Assembly: GCA_025594325.1 (NCBI GenBank)
Contig: JANHCV010000007.1
Span: forward strand, 558,001 to 622,000
Reading direction: 5' to 3'
Length of the DNA stretch: 64,000 nt
From: Blastocladiella emersonii ATCC 22665
Lineage: Eukaryota; Fungi; Blastocladiomycota
In this document: one piece after another, positions 11,841 to 22,104 of the stretch
How the letters are laid out: every line of letters starts with the position of its first letter
Numbering within the stretch: the stretch's first letter is position 1
The notes under the pieces: generated by a model
Databases searched by the model: none
The model's input: only the letters and a program-made list of their open reading frames with translations
Told to the model about the DNA's origin: nothing
Position numbers and translations under genes: made by a program

Positions 11841-13572
11841 TCAAAACTGGAACTCAAACTCGGCATTGATGCGGGTCCGAATGGCCGCCACAGCTTCCTG
11901 GGAGAAGCTGTTGTTTTCCAGCCGGAAGAAAGGACGGTGGATCGAGAAAATGTCCCGCTCGATCATGTACGCGTTGAGCATATCCAAGAAAGTGTCATCA
12001 AGTCCCGTCCCCGAGAGATAGAGATCGCGCAAGGAGCGGGGAGCCTTAGCAAAGAATTCAAACGAAGCCTCCGACGCAATTTCGCTGTTGCTACTGAGAT
12101 TGATGGCCTCGATCCCTGCGGGTAGGCGTGACGCTAGTAGCTTCGCGCCCTTCGAGGTCATTCCCACGTCTATAAGCGTAAGCGAGGTCAGATGCGGCGG
12201 AATGCTGTTCGCAAGCGCTGCCGCGCAGTCCTTGGTGAAGGCGGCAAACTGATCAATGTAAAGGGACTTGAGGGACTTGGGAAGCGCTCCGAGGAGCTCG
12301 CGGAACCCGTCGCCACCCAGGTTGCACATAACCAGCGAAAGCGTCGCGAGCGCCGCCGGCATGTTAGCGGCGAAGCGGTGAGCCGCATCCGAATCGATTT
12401 CGTGAAACTCGAGATGAAGCTCGCGAAGCGACGGTGGCAGGTTGGAGACAAGGTCGTGTGCGGGCCTAGCGTAATCTAGATGGCGGGTAAGCTCGAGTTT
12501 TTGGAGCGTAGGAGGGACCCGCGTCATAAACTCCGAATAATCGTGTGATTCCAAAGTAAAGCCCTTGAGCGTGAGCGAGATGAGGCCACTGGGAAGCCCG
12601 CTCGCGAGATCCATGAAAGCAGTTCTTTCGAACCCGGAACAATCGATATAAATCGACTCCAGCGAAGCGGGGAGATGCCGGAGGTACATCGCCGATTGAG
12701 GTACCTGGAAACTATCCTCGCCAGTGAAGTGAAGCTTTTTGGCAGTGTTGGGAAGCCACTGGTTCGGACAATCAGGGCCCACGGTGTCCTCGACGTAATA
12801 GTTGGAGCAAAGCTTGAATGTCTGCGCCTTGCTCGAAGTTGCGAGGAGTGACAGCACAGGAAACGAGAGGCAGAGCCCAGAAAGCTCAATCGACACAACC
12901 TGCTGGGCCGGACTGGCAAAGGCGTCGGCAATGAAGCGGGCGCCGCGCATGCTCAAGCGAGCACTCGAGAGTTGCAGGCTCGAAACTTCGCCTGAGACGA
13001 TGCCGTCGCAGGCCTGTGCGGCAAGCAGGTCGCCAGGCGCACAAGGGACGCTCTCCTGAAAATAAACAGCGGCGCACGAGGGTAGTGGTTAGCCTGGTTT
13101 CCCAAGACGAGGAAATTTGGCTTGAGTGGAGACGCACCGGGCCAAGGCTCTTGCGAACCGTTTCGAACCAGCGCGGCGTCTTGTCCAAAAGGAGGGCGAG
13201 AAATTCGCGATCCGAGTGGTCGGGATGGAAGGAGTTGGCGTCTTCGATAATAGGCAGGCCTGCGCGGCGCCACCAGTCTAAGACGTTGAAGTGACCGCCA
13301 TAGACCGCGCGCATAAACTGGTGGTATAAGGTGAGAAGCGGCCGGCCGCTCGCCTTTCTCAGTTTGAGGGCCCAGACGTGGCCGCCTGCCACTGCGTCGC
13401 CGACCGGAATGTTATCAAGCACGTGGTTCATGATGGTCCGGAAGACGTAAGGTGCGTCGCGGCGAGGCAGGACCCGGGCGTACTGCGCCAAGCCGACGCT
13501 GTCGGTTGGGTTGTGAAGGCGGACCGCACGGACAAGTATGTCTTCAAGCAGGTGGTTTACATGTAGTTTCAT
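11841..13572 (-). CDS. ANK-like/LRR family copy 4, intact, ~549 aa
   Basis: Exon 1 is 13572-13138. Intron 13137-13056 is GTGCGT...CTAAC...CAG, phase 0. Exon 2 is 13055-11841, starting ESVPCAPGDL. Confidence 0.85.
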
Positions 13573-13702
13573 GATGTTGTTCGTTCTAAAGATGCATGGG
13601 GAGTCGGTGTTGAGGCGAGCGGCGAGCGGCGAGAGGGAGAGGGAGATGCGGGGGTGACATGGAAACGTGTTCGGCCGAAACCGACGATCGTCCCGGAACG
13701 AT

Positions 13703-13737
13703 CTCGCGTGATCAAGACGTGATTTCGCGACGCGTCC
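13703..13737 (-). promoter_or_regulatory. Conserved upstream motif of LRR copy 4
   Basis: + strand CGCGTGATCAAGACGTGATTTCGCGACGCGTC. Confidence 0.6.
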
Positions 13738-15024
13738 GGCAACGCGTCTTTTTCCTATGGTGCGGCGAAAGAAAACGACGTTAGACGGCGTCCAGCACGA
13801 GTCGACCCTGTTGGTTACCGTCGCGCGTGTTTGGACTGCGTGGTGCTCGATCCCGCCGGTGAGAACGACTCGCCCAACGTGTGCAAGGAGCAGGCGATGA
13901 CCATGGCCATGGTCATGGTCAACGACGTGCTCGCGGGCATGAGCGGTGAGGAAGCGCGATGGGATCTAAATCGCGGCGGTGTGACTCAGAGCATGGCCAG
14001 AGGCATGACGCGCAGGAACGCGGAGGCGACGTCGATCTTCCGCATCATGGTCGTCGGCGGCGCCTGCTCAGTGCCCGCGGCTGAGCAAGGCTCGTCCGAG
14101 GCGCGTGGCGGAGGAGATCTCGCAGGACAGCGAGAACCTCAGAATCGGGCGAGACACGCGAGGGAGGGAGGTGCAAGAACCGCGGCCATCTACTCTACTT
14201 TGAGGAACAAAACAACGCGAGTGAGACACACACGCGCATGACAGCGCCGACCATGGAACGGCGAGTTGGTCGCCGTGGACCGCGCGCCCTCGCCGCCGCC
14301 GCCAGTCACCACCATAGCCGCCAGTGCCGCCCGCCGCGACACCGTAGAGCGACCCGAGGAGGAAGATGTTGACGACGTTGTCGAGGAGGAGGAGGAGGGG
14401 CGCGGGTCCGGTACCTGGGCGACTGTCGACCGACCGACCACGACAAACTTGACGACCGCGACCGAGCATGAGCGTGAGCTGGACCAGGGCTCGCTCAGGC
14501 ATGCGCCGACCGACCTGCGCGGGCCGCACCCGCCGCCATGACCCGAACCGTGGCGCATCGGAGGAATCGAGCCTCCATTGCTCCCATATGAGCACCGACC
14601 TCCGTCTGATCCATTTCACCGTGAGCCCATACGTGGTGACCCACCGCGCGGTCCAAACAGCGAAAACACACAGAATCGGGGTCAATGACACAAACGGGCG
14701 CAACTGATGATGCGCTTCAGGAAAGGGCTTCTGGCCGCTGGTACGGCCGCGAGTGTTGGGCTGCTGTGGTAGTAGTGCGTGATGGCAGTGCGGTGCTGGA
14801 CGTCGAGACGATCGTCGGCTGATGAATGAGGAGGAGCGAGTTGAGCAGCTGCTAGTCGGCACTGGTCGTAGCGGTCGAGTGCGCGTCCTTGAGCGTGTGC
14901 GTGTGCGTGTGCGTCGTGTGCTGGGCGCGGTCGTGGTCGTAGATGATGATGGTCATGATCGAGTCGAGATCGAGTACGAGGTCGAGGTGGATCGGGTTGG
15001 GGTCTAGTGCGGCACCGGCGCCGC

Positions 15025-18000
15025 CTACTGACCGCCAAACAGCTTGAACAACAGGTAGTCGAAGGCGCGGTCGACGTAAAAGTCGAACGCGAGCGTGGCG
15101 AGACCCTTGAGCGAGCGCTCGAACTTGGCGCTGTCGGCGTACTTGGCAAAGTCCTGCATCTGCGCCAAGAACAGGTACTTGAAGCGGGGCGTGCGCAACA
15201 GCGGGATGACTGTCTTGAGCGAGCCCGTGCTACTGGCCTCCCACACGTCGTTGTTGTCGGCCTCGTCCGTAGTGCTAGACGACCTGTAGCTGCTGGCGCT
15301 GGTGGTAGTGCGTCGCCTCGATGGCGGCGACAACGTGGAGCTGCTGCTTCTGCGTCTGCTTCTGCTGCTCCTTGAGGGCGGCGACGTGGAACTCTGCTGC
15401 GCCTTGAGGGCGGCAACGTGGAACTTGAGCCGCTGCAGCTTGTGCATGAGCGTGATGATGACCTGGGTCCGGATCTCCTCGCGCTCCTTGACCTTGGCGG
15501 CAAGAACGGCCGCGGCGACCGTCAACTCGACCTGCACCGTGGGCGCCTCCTGTCCCATCACCTCCATCTCGGTGCCGTGGGTTGAGTCGTTGTTGGCGAC
15601 AACGAGCTGCTGGTGCTGCTTCTCCTCGAACAGGACCTGGTACTGCGGCTGCTGGTGGTAGCCGTCAATCTCAGTCTGGTCCTGCGTCATGGTCATGGTT
15701 GTGTCGGCAATGGTGTTGATGGTCGGTGTCGCGGTGGCGGCCGAGACGGCGGCGGGAACCGTCTCGGTGCTGGCCACGCGCGATGGCAGCTCAATCTCCT
15801 GGACGGCGAGATCGCAGACGGCGGCGGCGACTGGGGCGGGGATGGTGGTGGTGGGTGCCAGTGCCATGTGCTTGCCAACGACCTCGGTGAGCTTGACCTC
15901 CCCGTCGTCCTGGTACTGCTGCTGCGTGAACAGCATGGTGGCGATGAGCGTGACGAGGAGGACCTTCTGCTTGGCGGGGACCACGACGACGGGGGCGGGG
16001 ATCGTGGGACCCGTTGTCATCGTCGTGCCGAGAGGTGCTGCGCGAACGACCATCGTGGTCGTGGTGGCGTCGCTCGGGTACTCGCGGGGCGCGGGAGCGA
16101 GCTGGTGGTACTGCTCGAGCTCCATGGCGCTGTCGCGGCGAGAAGGCGCCCGTGCCTTCTTGCCGACCAGCTGCCGCGCGTCGGCCGACAACGACAACGG
16201 CGAGCTGCCGCAGCTGCTGCGAGTAGTGGGACCCAAGTACACAACCATGGTCTTGATGTCAGTGGCCGCTGCGCCGGCGGAGGCCGAGTGGGCCTTGCCG
16301 CGCTGCTGCAAGAACGACGACGGCGACGCCTTGACCGCCATGCGGTACGCAATGAACTTGGCGATCGCAGGCGCAAAGAAGCGCGCGGCCTCGATGATGA
16401 CCTGGATCAGCTTGACCGCGTACATGATGGACTGGACCGGGTGCGTGATAATCTGGACTGCGAGCGAGTTGCCCGCGACCAGCACCCGGACCGCGGCAGC
16501 CGCGCACTCGGCCATTGGCGCGAGCACGGCAGCCACCACAAACTTGACGAGCGACCCCGCTATCTGGGACGCTCACTCGAGGACCACGCGTCGAGCCCGC
16601 CGCGAACGGCCGAAGCCCTGGTAGTGGTACGTGTCTTCCTTGTTGACTTGGACGAGCGGCTGGTGCGAACTATGGGGTGGCGAGATGATTGTCAGTCGTA
16701 CCCGAGTCGCGGACCTCGCAGAGGGAGAAGCGTACCCGTAGATGATGGTCGCGTTGTCGGTGCCAGCCTTGATCATGTACATGTGGCCAGAGCCTTGGAG
16801 TAGCTCGCGCAGACTACAGTGGGAGTGAGAGGCTGTCAGTCACAATCATCATCGTGCGATGATCGAGTGAGGTGAGTGCGTACCCTTGGGTCTTGGTCGC
16901 GCGGGTGGTGCTACTCTTCTTTATGTACACGTTGAGCGCCTTGTTTATCATGCACACAATCGTCGCTGAGACCCGGCGCGCCATGAGCGTGGTCGCGCCG
17001 CTGAGCTTCCCCGCCGGAGCCCGGCTGTACTGGTCCCAGATAGCGGCGACGCTACAGAAGACGAGTGGGGTGCGAGTCAGTGATCGGGTCCCAAGAGAGA
17101 AGCAGGCAGCAAGGAGGAAAGGTACATGGTGAGCATGTGGCGCAAGACGAGACCCAGAAACGTCGTTTCCGTCCGACCCGACTTCTTGGCCTTGGCCTCG
17201 AACTCGATCTCGATGTGCTCGTTGAGGGGATACACGCAGTGCGACGCGGTGGTTAACACGCGGTAGTAGCGGATGACGATCGACGTGGCCAGGAGAAGCA
17301 GGATGACGGTGCCGAAAGCGAGAACGACATGGCGCGGGAAGCTGATGTTGAGCTTGACGTGGCGGAACGTGTTCCCGAGGACGTGCTGGCGGACCGGGTC
17401 GATGGCCGCGTACAGCAGCGCGTACACCTTGCGCTCGACGGGGGTCAGGGCGCTGCAGATGCCCGAGTCGGCGTCGTAGGGGATCGGGATGGTGGCAACG
17501 ACGACAGCAGGCTTGGGGATGGCGGCGACAAGCGAGGTCGGGACGGGCTTGGGCAGGCTGTCAATGGCTGTGCGCGCCGTGATGGGCTGGGCGATGGACA
17601 CGGGGAACATGGCCTCAAGGTTGGCCAAGGTGGCCGTCAGGGCCGGGGTCGGCTGCGGGAGGCGGCCATGCAGCAGGTCAATGATCGTGTACGTGGGCCG
17701 GGTTGTGTCGGTCTGGCGGAAGCACGTCCAGTCGCTCTTGCACTTGATGGTCGCCCATTTGCGCTGGCTCGGCGAGGTGAGCTCGTAGTTGTGGCCAAGC
17801 GGGAACCGCGCCCGGTACTGGTACCACAAGAGCGTGGCCTTGGACACGCCAAGATGGCACGCGGCGACCTTTTGGGTTTACGGGGGCGGATCAGGCCAAG
17901 GACTACACGGCGGGACGGGTTGCGGTGAGTGGGTGGGTGGCGCGGCGCGTTGGGTGAGAGTCGCGTCGAGGTGGCGTACTGAAAAACGGCGCGTAGCGGT

Positions 18001-18361
18001 CGATGAACGCGTCGTGGACGGCGGCGGTGGCGGGCTTGGTGTGACGCGTGGCGGGAACGGGGACGATAGCGGCCAGGTCGGTCGTCAAGTTGTACACGGC
18101 CGGCGCCGGCGCGATGAGCTTGGGCAGGGCGGGGATGCACGCCGGGACGACACCGAGAGGGACGGGGAGGAGGCAGAGGGCGGGCAGGGAGACGGACACG
18201 GCGACCGACACGTTGGCGGCCGCGGCGGCGATGGCCAGGGTGGCGTTGCCAAGGGCGAGGAGCGGGGCGACGGCGGCGACGGTGGACACGCTGAACATGG
18301 CCTGGAAGGCGAGCAGCGCGAACATCATCGCGCCGACGAGGGCGAGCACGAAGGGGTGCAT
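15025..18361 (-). pseudogene. Multi-exon orphan membrane-protein gene with a probable frameshift (~17870) and an in-frame TGA (16573-16575)
   Basis: ATG at 18361 (MHPFVLALVG...). Canonical introns at 17979-17903, 17125-17052, 16883-16814 and 16735-16670. One extra A in the A4 run at 17870-17873 would be needed to join the frames. The TGA is in frame with ORF 15025-16539. Confidence 0.55.
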
Positions 18362-21300
18362 GGTGGCGGTGGTACTACTTTTTGGGGATCTTCTTCTTCT
18401 TCTTCTCGAGGCTGTCGTGAGGACATGAGGATCGAGAGAGGAGGGAGGCCGGGGGAGCGACGCGGTCTTGTAGGCGCGCGCGCGGTGCCCCCGTCCGCCC
18501 GCGGGCACCGGCGCGTCGCGATGCTCGAGCTCAGCCGCCACTGCCGTCGTCGTTGTTGATGCGGAGGCGCGTCGGCGTGTACCGTTTCTCGCGACGCGTC
18601 GCGGCGGCCGAGGTGGAGACACGCGCGAGACGTGCAGTGGGCCGCAGCAGCACGTGCCCGACGCGTCGTGGCCGTGCGAGACACCCGGGTGGAGACACGT
18701 CGCGCGAACGGGTGGACGAGGGCGAGGGCATCGTGGACGAGGCGGGCGGCGGGTGCTGGCGGTGAGCACGTCGCGCGGTGCGTGGTGCGTGGTGAAGGGC
18801 GGCGCGAGCGTGCGAGGCCGAGGACGTATCAGGGTGATGACGAAGTAGAGCGGCCGTGCAAGTCGCTGAGGGTGGAGAGGAGAGCGGTCGGAGACCGGCC
18901 GTGGTCGGCTGCTGTCACGCCACCGCGGCCGCGAGCAGCGACCGCTTCGGCACGCGTCAGCGGCGTGCGCGCGCAAACTCTGCAGCCGCAGACGGTGATG
19001 AAGGACGATGATGGATCGGCGCAGGGACTCGATGCAAAGTGATGGGCGGGCGGCGGCGAGCACGCTGGCGGGTCGCCGAGGCGCGGGCGTGGTCGGTCAT
19101 GGACTCGGTATTGAGCGGATGCAGTCGGACGCGAGGGAGGGGCGAGCGAAACCGATGCTGATGAGCCGAGTGATGATGAGCTGATGAGGGAGAGCACCGG
19201 TGCGAGACGAGACGCCGCCCCCACAAGCGTTTCCGCTGCCACCGCCTCGTCGCCGATCGGCCTCGCTCTCCTCCCCTCCGCTCCGCTCGACGGCTGCACC
19301 TGCCGCAAAACTACTCGCACACCATGCAGCAGACTCGCGGGTGGCCGCCGACGCGCCCGCCCGCTCGGCCTCGGCCACGTCGCGACCGCGCGTCCGACGC
19401 CGACCGCGCGAGCCCGAGGCGGTCTTGAGGATGTCGATACATTGCGAAGAGTGACGAGAGCGAGCGGATCGTGCTTCAACGACGCCTTCGCCGGTATCGT
19501 CGCCGCAAACGTCTGTGCTGCTCCGCACACACGCGATGACGTCACCCAACTCGCTGACGCGCGCGACAGCCCTGCCGCGTGCACATGAGCGTCGCGTCGT
19601 CCTCTTTGAGCTTCTGGCCATCTTGGCGCGAAAGCTGAGCCAGTGCTGCCCGTCCGTCCGAAAAATGCTCCGCTCGATGAGCTCCCCGGCCGATCGCAAG
19701 ACTGCCTGACTTCCCGTGCCCATCCCGTCCTTGAACCCGCACGCCCCCTCGACTTGCTACTTTATGAGCTCTTCGTAGACGCGCTCGCAAAAACATGTTC
19801 TTATTCCTCGAGATTACAGGCGAGCAACTCGCATGAGTTGGCTCCTGGTTGCTGCTGTACTATCACCTTGGCGACCTCGGGCACCGTGACCCAGCTCTCA
19901 ACGAGCTTGGCTGACCACGACCTTGCGTACGCGTCCGATGGCCCTCCACCCACGAGTATCACATCGTGAGCCACCGTTAAGACGCGCATTGTGCTGCATC
20001 GCGAGTTACTCAACGCAAGGCGCTATCGCGTGCAGGTTGGCTCGCTGCGCCACCGCGGACTAGAGTCGCGGCACGATGTGAGGACGATTGCTACGACGCT
20101 GAGGTTGGGATCGAGTTACGCTGCGAGCGTTGGCACGGCCCGCTTCACGAGGTGTGAGTCGGCGGCAGGACGGTGGACGCGCGTAACACAAAACTCGAGT
20201 GAGCTGGCCATCACGGCCAAAAACATGCATATTTGCTGGCATCTCATCCACGCTCGTGTCTTTGAGATCGACTGACAGCAGCAACGCGCCCGCGGCTCAT
20301 GGCCCACAAATCTGCAGGGCTGTCACGGCCTTACACGCAACCTGAATGGTGCCCGTAATAACGCTGGATCAGAGGAGAGATGCAATACTGAAACCATTCG
20401 TGTTTATATGTTTTGCTCGGCGGCGCTCCGACAAGAGGGTTCGAGAGAAAAGATCAATAGCCCGAGCGGGCTTAAAAAACGCTAAACTTGATGCGACCCT
20501 CGATCGCTGCAAGCGCGAGCTCACTGAACGAGTTCATTCCAAGAACCATGTGTGGAGTCGACAAGGCTGGGCGGTTGCACTTGGTCAGCTCGTTGCCAAT
20601 TTTCTCAAGAAACGCGTCGTCAAGGCCTGTCGACGTTAGGGAAATCTCGCGCAGGAACAGATGCGTTATTTGGAAAACGACGAATGCGGCCTCCGAGCCG
20701 ATTTGGTTACCACTGAAGTCAATGGCCTGGAGCGTTTTCGGCGCATTGGTAACAAGCAAAATGGCGCTGGCCGGCGTCAGCTCCACGCAATAAAGCGTAA
20801 GCGAGGTGAGACCAGCCGGGAAGTTGTTCGCCAGGGCCGTCGCACACCCGTCAGTGAAGTTGGGCAGGCTGACGATTTGTCAGGGTTTGCAGAATCTTGG
20901 GGAGCCCACCGAAAAGCTCGCAAACGTCGTCTCCTTCGAATGCGCTCAATTCAAGGTGGAGTTGCTCCAGCGCGGGCGGCATGTGGGCTGCAAGGAGTCG
21001 AAGCGCGTATTCGTCAACATCGCACATCTCCAGTTGGAAAAGAAGGAGCGACTGCGGCAATTTGGCCACAATCTCGCAGGTTGAGTCGAACGGGGTGCCT
21101 TCGCGGAGAATTTTGAGTTTCTGCAGAGTGGGCGGGAGGTGGGCCATGATCGCATCGCAGTCGGCGGGCTCGAGTCCCACGTCAGTGAGCGAGAGGGAAA
21201 CAAAACCAGGAGGAATCCCAGCAGCAAGAGTCGGGAGGTATTCGCAATCATATTCGAGAGACTCGATCGTGATGTGGCGAAGCGAAGCGGGGAAACGGCT

Positions 21301-21859
21301 GAGGTAAGGTTTGGGCGAGGGGTTTTGAAACCCTAGACCGCCAACAAGGTGAAGTTCCTTGGCGGTGTCGGGAAGCCATTGCTTGGGGCACGATTCGTTC
21401 TCGCCGCTGACGTCGACGTCCTCGACAAAATAGTTTCCGCCCAGTCGAAAAGTTCGCGCTTTGCTTGAAGAGGCAAGCTGCGCGAGCACAGGGTACGAGA
21501 GGCACATTTGCTGGAGTTCGATCACGTCAACTTGTTGTTTAGGGCTGGCGAAAGCGTTGGCCAAAATACGTGCGCCGCCCTCGCTGAGACGCGCACCCGA
21601 TAATTTCAGGCACGGCGTGTCGCCCGAGGCAATGTCCTTGCTCATCTGCGCAGCAAGCAAATCGCCCGGAGCGCAGGTGATCGAGTTCTGTTGGGTGTGG
21701 CGAATTGTCAGCAGGGGAAAACACATGCGGTTCGTGGGACTTGGAGACGTACCAGTCCGAGCGTGTCGCGAACTGTGCCGTACCACGAAGGATCCATATC
21801 CAAAAAGATGCGCAAAGCTTCGGTACTACAGCTCGCACAGTGAAAAGGGCCCCGGGCTC

Positions 21860-22104
21860 CAAAGGATACAAAGGATTAGCAAAGTCCCTTTGGAGTTTAC
21901 TTTGCGTTTCCTTTGGACGGAACACTTCTAAGTCACTTTGGAGTCCTTTGCGGCGACTGAGTTACTTTGAAAACTTTGGGTGAGAGCCGGTTCAAGTCGC
22001 TTTGAATCCTTTGGACTGCGGTTCCTTTTGCGCGGTTTTTGGCCTAAGCGTCCTCAAAGCTTCACAAAGGAATCCGTCCAAAGTATACAAAGGACCTTTG
22101 TATA
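21860..22104. repeat. Left subterminal CAAAG/CTTTG repeat array
   Basis: Many CAAAG/CTTTG pentamers. Dyads CAAAG-N3-CTTTG at 21880-21892 and 22088-22100, the latter within TATACAAAGGACCTTTGTATA. Confidence 0.85.

Noticed and set aside
6001-13572. Canonical NLR genes, or a toxin-antitoxin-like two-gene operon (small ORF plus LRR ORF)
   Set aside because: No Walker A, NACHT or NB-ARC motif is present. The small and large ORFs are exons of one gene, joined in frame by canonical introns in all copies.
13831-14862. Short ORFs on both strands between LRR copy 4 and the orphan gene
   Set aside because: Low complexity, with no consistent frame, motif or splice chain.
19097-20340. ORFs of 60-208 aa between the orphan gene and LRR copy 5
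   Set aside because: No recognisable motif or similarity to the LRR family. Possibly decayed sequence.
21860-22104. CRISPR-like or telomeric repeat array
   Set aside because: The repeats are 5-13-nt motifs with irregular spacing and mixed orientation. There is no constant repeat-spacer structure or telomere unit, and the context is eukaryotic.
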